Shown: one piece after another, positions 13,320 to 28,110 of the stretch
Position numbering within the stretch: position 1 is the stretch's first letter
Layout: every line of letters starts with the position of its first letter
Assembly: GCA_951406725.2 (NCBI GenBank)
Contig: OX597830.1
Span: forward strand, 44,454,001-44,518,000
DNA length: 64,000 nucleotides
Direction of reading: 5' to 3'
Origin: Octopus vulgaris
Lineage: Eukaryota
Program-made: the position numbers and the translations under genes
Notes under the pieces: generated by a model
What the model saw: the letters and a program-made list of their open reading frames with translations, nothing else
Told to the model about the DNA's origin: nothing
The model's database searches: none

Positions 13320-14838
13320 CTGAAGATAAATAATTTTGTTGTAAAGCAGAGACAATTAACTATTTGTTAAGTTAATATTAATTGATGCATTTAACATTAC
13401 AAAATAACAAACTATGAAGTTAAAAGATATTCTATTCAAAGTGAGATTTAATTAATATTTGATTTTTTCTTTACTGTGGTGGATGTAATGGAGAGAACCT
13501 CCACAATTATGATAATTAGTGGCTGAACTGAATGTTCCTAAACTTTTATTGTTTCCCTTCTGGAACAAGTATGCAAAAATCTGTTTTGGAAGTTTTCTTA
13601 TATTGTAATTGCTTTAGTAAATACTATATCAAATGCTGCTATAGCAACTGCTAAGAAAAATGTTAAAAATCTCTCATCCTTGTTTTTCACTTCACATCTC
13701 AGCTTATAAATTAAAATGGTGCTGAATGATTTGGCTTTAAAAGTGTCTCAATAAAATCCCTGTGTAGGATTGAGGTAGCGAAAATACATGTCTGATAATA
13801 TATAACTGATAAAATCTTAAGAAATACCTCTTTAGATAAAATATGAAAATATGGCTTTCTAATAGTTTAGTATTTTATAAACAGATTTATAAAAGAGACA
13901 AGCATTTAGTTATAAAATGGCACAATTGACTGCATTTTCCAGTTTCTATGAAGTCTTTGAACTATTGTCCCAGAGGTTAACAAACCCTGCTTCCCATCCA
14001 CCTGATTAGTAAACTTTTATTTACTGCTCACCAGATATCTTACTCTTAATCCTTTAGCAGTCAGATTAATTTGGCAAATTTAATGCTTATTTAGTCACAT
14101 TGTTTTGAAATAATCATGCATTATCTCCTAGCTTCAAAATTTTGATGATATAATTGTTTATTTCTAGAATCACATTGTTGAGTAGGTGTGAAAAGCCAGA
14201 TCTGGCTTGTTTGAATATAAAAGAAGTAGAATATTTGGGCTGGATATGGCTGGTTTATTACTACATTGATAGTTACCATAATCTGAACTCATAAACAGCA
14301 GTCATTTGACACATCACATTCTTACTTCCAGAGACACATCTGAATCTCATTTTCAAATTATTTCATTCTTGGTAATGTATAGATAATTTTTCAATATCAA
14401 TTTCCATCTTTCAACATAATTTACCCCTGGTTACTAATTGTGACAATTCAAGCTGAGTTAGCATTTCCTACTCTTGGAAAATAAAACTAAAACTATGTGT
14501 AAATGGAAACTGAAAGAAGCTTGTGTGTATGTGTGTGTGTCTTATCTGAAAATATGTAATGAAAACAGATAAGGGTTGGTGACAGGAAAAGAATCATCCT
14601 GTAGGAAATATGCTTCCATGAATTCTGTGTAAGACATGCAAGCATGGCAGAGTGGACATTGAAACATTAAAGGTAATGATGATGATGATGAAGATAATGA
14701 TGAGGAAGATGATGGCAGTATATACATCCAAACACACACACACACAGACTCACATTATTTACTCTGGTATCATGCAAGAAATTAAATATAGAAAATCAGG
14801 GCGATAATTTGGGAGAGGAGAGGGAATAGTATGGGTAA

Positions 14839-14888
<50 letters not shown>

Positions 14889-15075
14889 AGTGACAAAACC
14901 ACTATTATGCGAATCAAAGAAAGACTTAAGCCAATACATAAAATAATTTATATAAATTAAAATTTAACAATTTGTCTCTAATTTAATATAATATAATATT
15001 TTACTATAAAATTGGATTCAATCCTAAATCTGATTTTTCCCTGTAAATTTGGATTTATTCCCTAATATTTATTAT

Positions 15076-15118
<43 letters not shown>

Positions 15119-16243
15119 GCATAAACTTGTGCAAATGAAGATATCAAAGGCAGTGACCCTGAGACATGTAATGACTAAAATATACAGTTTAATGCCACAG
15201 TATGTATAGCAGGAAATTGTGTTTGTATTTTGGTGGTATGTAGCTTGAAAATTGCATTACAGACATGATACAAGTGAAAAATGTTCAGCATACACGTTGA
15301 AGTGAAAATAATAAACATGTTGAGGAACAAATAATGAAAACATAAAAGTAAAAAGAAAAAAATGATTGCTCACAGTCAAGGCCGGATTTATAGTGGGGTA
15401 GAGTGGGCAACTGCCCTGGGCGTCTGTTAGATATTGGGAGCTGCCTGCTAAGAAGGGTATGTAACACTCAGGCATGAAGAGGCTCAGTTTGAATATACAA
15501 GGGTAGTTTGACTTCTTAAAAAATTGATGGGTTCTCTTTTATGATAAATCATCATCATTATCATTCATGTCCATTGTCTATGCTGGTATGAGTTGGATGG
15601 ATTGACCATAGCTAGCAAGCTAGAAGGCTGCACCAAACTCCAGTCTGATTTGGCATGGTTTCTGCAACTGGATGCTCCTCCCCAGCACCAACCACTCCAA
15701 GAGGGTAATGGATGCTTTTACATGCCACTAGCAAGGGTGCCATATGCATGACACCAGCATCTGCAGCAACTGCAATTTTACTTGGCTTGATGGGTTTTAT
15801 TTTCAAGCACGACAATGCCAAGGATCTCAGTCATTTCTCATTGCCTCTGTGAGGCAGATTTTGCCACATTGGAGACACTAATTAATACAATTAATTAAGC
15901 TGCTTCAGTCTCAAAGCAGCTTACAATTCTCAAGGGAATTGTAAGCTGCTTTTGAAACAACAAAGAAAAGGGAAACAACAGAACACCCCGAGAAATGTAT
16001 GTATGTATGTATGTATGTATGTATGTATGTATGTATGTATGTATGTATGTATGTATGTATGTATGTATGTATCAGTGAGTATATGTGTGTTTGTGTGTGA
16101 GTGTGTAACTATGAATGTATATAAAAATAAAGAGATTGATTGAAAGAAATTATTGTCTCTAGGCCAAATTCCTTCATTTGACACATGACTGAGCAAATGA
16201 ACTTTGGTTGACCATTTGCAGTTAAAAGTGCACATGTGTGCGT

Positions 16244-16291
<48 letters not shown>

Positions 16292-18675
16292 TTCTACTTC
16301 TAAACTTATTTCTGTGAGGCATTGAAAACTGGTTCTATTTTATGAAACAAGTAAATAAATATGTAACAAAATTTTAAATTTTGAATTTAGCTTTAATTGT
16401 ATATATTATAAATTACATCTTTCAACAGCTAAAAGCATTCTTTTTTGACTTTAGAATTATTGCATATACATTCAAATGTATTTCATTAAATTGAACCCTT
16501 TTTTTTTTACTTATTTTTTCCTATATTTTTTGTCATTTTGTCAAACACTTAGAAGTACTATATGGAAGTGGGACAAAATTGGGAACTGAGTCAAAATGAA
16601 TAATTTCTGATTTCTTGTTACTTTTTCCCATTTTGTACCATTGCATAATCTTTGGGAATAAAATTTGGTCGGTAGAGGTTACGTTGTTGGGAATAAAAAT
16701 TGGTCAGTATAGTTTACATAATTGTTGTTGAAGTGGAAACTTTCAAACATAGGTGACAGGTGTTTATTTTCAAGAAATTTTTCCTCAAATTTGACCCAAC
16801 AGTAATTGAAGTAGCTCATAAAAATCTATAATTTTTTGAAAAAGCTACACAGAATATTTGTTGTTGAATTTTTAGATTTCATTGAGTTTCATTAATTTCA
16901 TATCATGTGCTATTTTTCTATGATCCTCTTTCATTTGTCCAAGATATTTCAAATTTGTTGCATTTCTGATCTGTTTGATGTCTAAGGATGGATGCTTATG
17001 TGTATAACTCTTTTTTCAAATGTAGTTCCGGACAACTCTACAGGCAAATTTACCTTATCTTGTCTTATTCATTTTGCCCCGCCTGAATTTGTTTTCTGTA
17101 TGCTCAAAAAGAAAAGTTATAATTTTCTGAGGTAGTGTTCTGAATGTTATAAATTTTACTGCATTTAAAGAAGGTTTTTATTTAGCTCATATGATTATTA
17201 TATATGAAATATATTTTCTTCAAAGTCAAAAATGTAGTAAATATTACTCATTGTGCCCCACCTACTCTCTTCTGGCAACTGGAAAAGCAGACTTTAGGAA
17301 ATAGCTGTTTGAATTTCGCCCCCTTTTTTTCCCCACACATGGCAAAATAATGAAGAAAAGTCATTTTAAAAGAATTTTTTAAAAATCTGTCTTCTAAATG
17401 TTGGTGTCTTCTCCCCACCACACTCTCTCTCTCACACATACACACCCATTCATCATGCCTTTGGAAAAGCAACAACTATGAAAATGATTTTTCTTTCTTT
17501 TTCATAATTTTCTGTAATTTTATCTTATTCTACATTCTGAAACATTTGTATCTTATGTTAAAAGAAAAACATCTTACCCACCTTTTCCCTCCTTAATTGT
17601 ACTTTTTGCAATGAAGGAAAACTACTGCCGCAAGTGGATGTGTGAAAAACAAAATTTGAATTTTGGAAAGTGTATCTATAAAGTGACATTTTTAGTCATT
17701 TATTTAGACTTTCTCTGCTAACTCATCAAATTCAATGACTTGAAATAGATGGGTTTTGAGGTTTAAATATGGTAATTTTCTTAGATGCTTCCTTGTGTAT
17801 AAGAGGTCCACTGAACTTGAAGTGCTCTGGGCACCCCATCGTTTAAATCCGTACAAAATTTTAGCCTAAAGTTATAGAATTTACCAAAAAGAACAGCAGT
17901 ACATACAACCTCTAGGAAATTTGATGTTGTCAAGGGCAACATTAGACTAAGAAAAGAAAAAAAAAACAGAAAAAAGGCCAACATCTTTAAAACAAAAGTT
18001 ACTGTGCAAAACAGGAACCATGGAAGTTTTAGTATTTGTGTTTTATGTGTTTATAATTTATATCTTCTCAGTCACATTATCAAAATATATCAGAAAGAAT
18101 CAGGAAAGTATTATTTTAATAATGCAGTCAATATGAACAATTTCTAGATTAAGTGTAAAAAAAACATTTATTTTGGAGGAGGGTTGATGGAATACATTAA
18201 AAACCAGCAGAAGATGGGAATTGTCTTTTCCTCTCACCAACATGAACCAGTCCATGTTGACATTAATTTGAATAGAGTTCATGTGTAACCAAACTTATTT
18301 ATTAAAATAATCATAAAATAATATTGTGTCTTTCTCTAACGCTTCACTAGTTTTGTCTTTGTAATTATCTTTCTCACAATACAGTTATTATCATTTTTTC
18401 TTTTAGTGTCTCAGTTCATTGTTCTCATTACTATCTAGTACCTGTAAAGTTACAGAAGAGTACACAAATAAAATTGGAAAATAATAGTTTATTTTCTTGA
18501 CTGCATTATCAAGTAATAACTGTTTTTTCCATGTTAACATGGGCTTAATACTTTGACAGGATCAGGTAAGTGAGAGGACCATGAAAGAGAAATGAGGGAG
18601 TCATAGATGCAGGTTGCAGATGAAGAGGGTACAACTGATTTACTGAGCTGAAAAAAATTCAGTCTCATAACTTAC

Positions 18676-18922
18676 CATTTCCTTAATCATTATAAGTTTT
18701 GGTCCAAGATTTTTGTCAATTGAGAACATATGAAGAAACCGGATGTAAAACGAGATCAAATTTAAACAGAATATCACTCTCGCAGTCTCCGCTACATCCA
18801 GCAATCGAAGAATGTATCCAAGGATGAACAATACAATAGTTATAACATCGATAATGTTCCAAGCACTACTGGATGTACTTCTTGAATTTTGACCAAATTG
18901 ACAGAGAACGTTTTGTTAACAT
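18676..18922 (-). CDS. TRPM-like channel, S3-S4 exon with an apparent +1 frameshift (MLTKRSLSIWSKFKKYI/SSAWNIIDV...ISFYIRFLHMFSIDKNLGPKLIMIKEM)
   Basis: tttcag|ATG...ATG|gtaagt, 247 bp (3n+1) between two phase-0 neighbours. WN..D and R.L..F.....LGPK..M...M motifs are present. The extra base lies near 18871 (TAC ATC C AGT AGT). Confidence 0.9.
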
Positions 18923-18976
18923 CTGAAATATAAGTAGAAAACACAGTCAAATAGGATATTTACACATACAAAAACA

Positions 18977-19014
<38 letters not shown>

Positions 19015-19352
19015 TTCAGTCATATGACTGTGACCATGCTGTGGCACTACATTGAAATGTTTTAGTTTAGTGAATTGACCCCAGGCTTTATTATTTTAAA
19101 GCCTGGAACTTATGTTATTGGTCACCTTTGCCAAGCTGCTAAGTTACAGTGCCTTAAACACATTCACATCATTTGTCAGAACGCATGTTGAAGATCGGCT
19201 TGCGTAAGACAGAAGAAAGCCGATGTTGACTTGTTGAAAGCAGCGGGCAGAAAGAAAGTTGGTAGCCCTCCAGTCAGCGGCCAGAGAGGGAGGAGGAGTG
19301 AGAGAGAAAAGAAAGAGAGAGGGAGGAGTGAGAGAGAGGAGGAGTGAGAGAG

Positions 19353-19390
<38 letters not shown>

Positions 19391-20559
19391 GAAACCAGAA
19401 AGGGTGAAAAATAAGGAGAGAGACAGGTAGAGAAGAAGACAGACAAGTAAAGAGTTATGAGTGCAAGTCATAATTATTGAAATAATAACTTACTTGGAAG
19501 AAGAAGAAAAACGATGCGTGCGTTCAATCATATAATAACAATTTAATAAATAAAACATATGCATACATACATACATATATGTTCATACCTACATCTATAT
19601 GTATATATACATGCATATATGAGTACAGGACAACACAAATAAACATAGAACACAACGAGAAACAAAAACATAAAACCAAACAAGGAATCGGACTTTTTTT
19701 TAACAACGAAAAAACAGAGTACAAGACAACCAATGCAAGGAACATTCCCCTTCTTCAGCTGCCCCTGTTTCGACTCAATGCGTGTTTCGAAGGTAAGGGC
19801 AGAACACGATCCGGCCGAAGCAGTCCTTCCCGCAAAATGAATTAAATAAAATTTTTTTGCGGAGGGGTAAAAATATATATATATATATAAAAATTAGAGA
19901 AAAATCACTATTTTGCAATTCATAATATATATATATTATATATATATGACTGCTAACTCCAAAAGTTATTTTTATTCTCTCTCTGTTTATTTCCTCATGA
20001 TCCTTTCTGTTGAAGAGCATATGCTCAAAATATAAAAGACTTTCTCACCTTCCTGAGTGTCAAACTAAAACACCAGCTTGTTGTTTATACACCTGTCTTC
20101 ATCTTTTGTTTTTCTGTAAATTTCAACTATATATATGTGTGTGTGTAAATATGTTTGTGTGTCTGTGTTTGTCTCCCCCAACATCAACTGACAAACGATG
20201 CTGGTGTATTTACATCCCTGTAACTTAGTGGTTTGGCAAAAGCGACCAAAAGAATAAGTACTAGACTTACAAAGAATAAGTCCTGGGGTAGATTTGGTCG
20301 ACTAAGGGTGGTGCTTCAGCATGGCTGCAGTCAAATGAATGAAGCAAGTAAAAGAATATATATATACGGGCTTCTTTCAGTTTCCATTTTCCAAATCCAC
20401 TCACAAGGCTTTAGTAGAACACTCTTACCCAAGTTTCCACGTGGTGAGACTGAACCTGGAACCATGTGCTTGAGAAGCAATCTTATCACCACACAACCAT
20501 GCCTGCTCCTATTATATATATATATATAGATAGATAGATAGATTGATAGCTATCATAAT

Positions 20560-22567
<2,008 letters not shown>

Positions 22568-22604
22568 AATATATATATAAATATATATACATATATATAA
22601 TAAT

Positions 22605-23717
22605 ACAGGAAAAATTCAATTTAGAAATACTAAATCAAATTTCACGAAATATGATATATATATAAATTAGGAAAAAACACCTTTTATCAATTCAAAATGA
22701 AAAATTAAATTGCACCAGTTAGAAAATTACATATAAAAGAAATTGTTATAAGTTATGATAGTTATTAATTATGATATCTATTTGATTTTGATTTTTGATT
22801 TTTCCAGTTTCAGCTTATGAGCTGTGGCCATGCTGGGGCACCGCCATTTTATTTAGAATGATTTATTATTTAGAATGATTTATTTAGAATGATTTTATTT
22901 AGAATGATTTATTTATTTAGAATGATTTATTATTATTTTTATAAAGGGACTTAATGTATTACATATAACTTAATTTGAGAATTAATTTTGTTAGACAATA
23001 CATTATTTAATAATTAGATGGTATATTTATCAAGTTGTATTACATTTAAGTAAATTAGTTTTTATATTAATTGATATTTTGGTTAACTATATTCTTGAGT
23101 AATATATTAAGTAATATATTAAATCTATAGATACTACATATATATTAATTATATAGTTCGTTTATATAATGGGTGTGTCTATATTTGAACCATTTCTTAT
23201 TTTAATTCCAGTATTTATGGCTTGTACTAGCATTGTATATATTGATTTTAAGGCTTTTAGTATTATTTGCTTAATTAGACTGTATTTGGATATTTATTAA
23301 ATAAATATATTAATTAATAATCTGATTTAATGTATATAGTTTAAAGTGTTGTATTTAATTTTCACTTAATGTATATTTTGTATCTTATATATATATATAT
23401 TAAAGAATATATTTATATTTTAAAAGGTTATTTACGTATATTTATTAATTAATTATTTTATTATTGTAGTTATTTTTAACCTGATGAGCAGCTATATTTA
23501 TATTGAAGTGATTTTACTACTACTACCAATATTTTTACTATAATCATTTCTTAAATATAGCCATGAAACACGTGTCATTATTCTACCAAATATATACGTT
23601 TTATTTATTATTTTGCACATTACTTATTCATCGGCATATTATTTTTTATTTTATGTAATTTTATAGAGGGTGCAATTTAATTTTTCATTTTGAATTGATA
23701 AAAGGTGGTTTTTTTCT

Positions 23718-23720
<3 letters not shown>
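22605..23720. repeat. AT-rich foldback element with terminal inverted repeats, inserted in (TA)n (Penelope-like remnant)
   Basis: 22669-22737 (ccttttatcaattcaaaatgaaaaattaaattgcacc) is the reverse complement of 23649-23717. Contains the hammerhead-like motif at 23477-23580. Confidence 0.65.
23477..23580 (+). ncRNA. Decayed type I hammerhead ribozyme motif
   Basis: taac-CTGATGA-gcaGCTATATTTA...TAAATATAGCcat-GAAAC-acgt-GTC-atta. Core intact, 10-bp perfect stem II, palindromic loop III. Confidence 0.65.
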
Positions 23721-23749
<29 letters not shown>

Positions 23750-23909
23750 AGTGTGTGTGTATATGTGTGTACTTCATTGAAAAGCAGCAGAAATATCACA
23801 AAAACTTACTCAGAGGTGCCCATTCCTGTTTGTCGGACAGTTTTGTTAGATTCTAACATATATATATGTGTATGTATATATATATATATATATACACACA
23901 CATATATAT

Positions 23910-23940
<31 letters not shown>

Positions 23941-23959
23941 TATGTTTGTGCTATATATG

Positions 23960-24000
<41 letters not shown>

Positions 24001-24005
<5 letters not shown>

Positions 24006-25380
24006 CAAAGTACTAATAAGTAGGAAGGTAGACAATCCACAAATGTCTTCAGGAAGATGGCCCTGCTCGATCTGTAGAAAAGGTGTAGGTAGAAACTCTA
24101 TAAGATGTACCCAGTGTAAGCTATGGACACATAAGAGGTGCAGCAATGTCAAAGGTAGGCTAACTGGGAAGATAGTTTTTGTATGTGGCAGATGCTCAGG
24201 AACAATAAACAACGAAAATGTGCAGAAAACAACTTCCGTCACTTTCCAGGGGGAAAAACTAGAAGTAGTTGATAGCTTCCGTTATCTAGGTGACCAAGTC
24301 AGTAGTGGGGGTGGGTGCGCTGAAAGTGTAACTGCTAGAATAAGAATAGCCTGGGCAAAGTTTAGGGAGCTCTTACCTCTGCTGGTGACTAAAGGCTTCT
24401 TGCTCAGAGTAAAAGGCAGACTGTATGATGCATGTGTACGAACAGCCATGCTACATGGCAGTGAAACATGGGCCGTGACTGCTGAGGACATGCGTAAGCT
24501 TGTGAGGAATGAAGCCAGTATGCTCCGATGGATGTGTAATGTCAGTGTACATACTCGACAGAGTGTTAGTACCTTGAGAGAAATGTTGTACCTAAGAAGC
24601 ATCAGTTGTGGTGTGCAAGAAAGACGATTGCGCTGGTATGGTCATGTGGCAAGAATGGATGAAGATAGGTGTGTGATAAAGTGTCAATCCCTAGCAGTTG
24701 AGGGAACCCGTGGAAGAGGTAGACCCAGGAAAACCTGGGACGAGGTGGTGAAGCACGACCTTTGAACTTTAGGCCTCACTGAGGAAATGACCAGCGACCG
24801 AGACCTTTGGAAATATGCTGTACGTGAGAAGACCAGGCAGGACAAGTGAGCCCAGCCCACTTATGCATGCCTTTCCTCCCTTGGACACAAAGACCTGTTG
24901 AGGCAAGCGAAGTCAATATAGAACCTCATCCGACGACAGGCACCCATGCCAACCCCCTTTGCTTGCGAAGACATGTTGGGGCAAGTGAAATCGAAATCGA
25001 AATCGAATTGAACCAGCCAGGACCCTTGGACTGGTGGTATGTAAAAAGCACTATCCGACTCGTGGCCAATGCCAGCGCCGCCTCGAAATCGAATCGAAAT
25101 CGAATTGAACCAGCCAGGACCCCTGGACTGGTGGCACGTAAAATGCACCAATCCGACCGTGGCCGTTGCCAGCCTCGCCTGGCACCTGTGCAGGTGGCAC
25201 GTAAAAAGCACCCACTACACTCACGGAGTGGTTGGCGTTAGGAAGGGCATCCAGCTGTAGAAACATTGCCAGATAAGACTGGAGCCTGGTGCAGCCTTCT
25301 GGCTTCCCAGATCCCCGGTCGAACCGTCCAACCCATGCTAGCATGGAGAACGGACGTTAAACGATGATGATGATGATGAT
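24001..25380 (+). mobile_element. 5'-truncated young RTE LINE with a PHD-like zinc finger, 3' UTR and (ATG)n tail
   Basis: Uninterrupted frame KTKVL...CSICRKG...LEVVDSFRYLG...ARIRIAW.KF...MLHGSETW...RLRWYGHV.RM...RGRGRPRKTW. Confidence 0.92.
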
Positions 25381-25623
25381 ATATATATATATATGTGTGT
25401 ATATTTGCATATATACGTATATATATGTATATATATATATGAAATAAAATCAAAAACAGAACACAAAGGATGTCGCGGTACACGTGTTTCAAGCTTAATA
25501 AACGACCTGTTCTTACATCAAAATACACGCAATCTATGTGGGTTGTCTTTTCAGAACATTGTCTTGTTTAAAAAGCCACTTCAGATGGCAGGAAGCATAA
25601 AGAGTAGACAACCATTTCATATA

Positions 25624-25698
<75 letters not shown>

Positions 25699-25702
<4 letters not shown>

Positions 25703-26879
25703 ACGGTTGGCTAGGTGCATTTCTGGTGACCCACATAGGAATAATGGCACCATGATGTCTGGTGAAATGTGACGGGTTCTTTGTCTAATGGAGGACTGAT
25801 GGGTTTTGGAATGACCTGTGACCTCGTGTGGTTGATAAGAGGGCCAGTGAGAATGTGAAAGAGGAAGACAGATTAAGGGAATCTAAGAGCAGATGGAGAG
25901 GGTATTGACAGTAAGAGAAAAGGGACAGATTAAGGGCTGAGAGCAAATAGAGATAGGGTATAAACAGTAGGGGACGGATGGAGAGGCTAAGAGACAGCAG
26001 GCGATATAGATAGAGTAAGGAATCAGATAGCAAATAGAAAGGCTAAGAGACAGCAGGCGATATAGATAGGGTATAAGGACCAGGGCAGTTAGAAAGGGTA
26101 AGAGCGATATAGACAGAGGGAGATGAGGGGAGTGGAAGAAGGACAGAGACGAAGTGAGGTCTGGTAGTTCGCGGTTGGTCGTCAAGAAGGGCAGTCGCTG
26201 GCCGGTCCTCGAGGAAGACAGACGGACCTTGGATTTAAGGAGCAAGCGTTGGAATTCTTAGGAGCAAGTTGGATGCGAGAAAGCTTGGCGGCACAGAAGG
26301 GAATTAGCAGTATTCAGAGGAATTAGCAGTATTGAGAGGAATGGGACACTGGCAGATTCAATTAGGAATTGAGGTATGTGTTTGTGCATTGATATGTGTC
26401 ACGGTGTATTGAACAGTGAAAAGAACAGTCAAGGACTCTGTCGATGTGGTCGATAAAGGACATTGTGAAGAAGAAGAGTAAAGGACTTGTTGATTGTGAT
26501 GTTTAGGAAGAGACTTTAAAGAACTGTTGTCTTGGGACGTGTACTCTTGAATTGTTACATGATGTTGTATTATGCTTTGAGTTGTACTCTTGAAATGCTG
26601 TTGTATTATGTATTGAGTAGTCACGTGCATGCTTTGATGTATCTTGATGTTGTAACAATTGTAATTGTCGTATAAACTGTTGTTTGAATATAAGCCAGTG
26701 TTGCTAGTTGTTGCCTTGCCTCTTTGGGTTGTATCTCGGGTTGTGCCTCTGTATCTCTGTGCTGCTGTGGTTGTTGTTGTATCTCTCCTCTCCTCCTCTC
26801 TTTGGGTTCCGTGGCGGAACTTGTGTGAGCCGTTCGGGACGAGCGACGACGGCGGGCGATTCCAGTCCGTTTCGTAACA
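25699..26879. mobile_element. Probable solo LTR (Gypsy-like)
   Basis: TGTTACG...CGTAACA inverted termini, 1181 bp, ATAT on both sides inside a (TA)n array. No coding domains. Confidence 0.75.
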
Positions 26880-26901
26880 ATATATATATGTTATATAGAG
26901 T

Positions 26902-27081
26902 GCATTATTACACATAAATGCCACACGCTAGGGAGGACTCTTAAAGTCAAAACTACTAAAATAAATAAACATATCGTACCGAAACCAACTCTCAAAGCAA
27001 GTCATTTAAAAACAGAATTCAGCTGCATATCACACTGTGATTTCCTAATCAGTGCAGTGGTATGCACTTTTCACTCCTCAG
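26902..27081 (+). repeat. ~180-bp direct repeat, copy 1 (copy 2 at 27932-28111)
   Basis: gcattattacacataaatgccac...cacttttcactcctcag occurs twice with few substitutions. Confidence 0.9.
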
Positions 27082-27374
27082 TGCAAGCATAATTCAGGAT
27101 TTATAATGAATGAACAAAAACAACATACCAGGCGAACAACTGTTGTATCCAACGCAGCATGTAGAAATGTTCACCCCTTATACATCTATGTAAATGGCGA
27201 GGTTTTTCGAATTGCATTTCAGTAACAACGTGCTTATTCGGAATAAAAATTCAGTATTGAATATACTCTGGTTAAATTTACAATTTAAAAATAGGATAAA
27301 ATCTTCATAAGAATTTATCAAGTAGTTAGCATGAAAAACCCCATAAGAGAAAAAAATCCATCAATTTTTCCACT

Positions 27375-27930
<556 letters not shown>

Positions 27931-28110
27931 GGCATTATTACACATAAATGCCACATGCTAGGAGGGACTCTTAAAGTCAAAACTACTAAAATAAATAAAC
28001 ATATTGTACCGAAACCAACTCTCGAAGCAAGTCATTTAAAAACAGAATTCAGCTGCATATCACACTGTGATTTCGTAATCAGTGCAGTGGTATGCACTTT
28101 TCACTCCTCA

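Noticed and set aside
14046-14258. TTAA-starting piggyBac-like MITE
   Set aside because: No matching right terminus or target-site duplication was found.
19500-19860. Possible hammerhead (CTGAAGA and CGAAAC on the minus strand)
   Set aside because: The core elements could not be arranged with consistent stems I-III.
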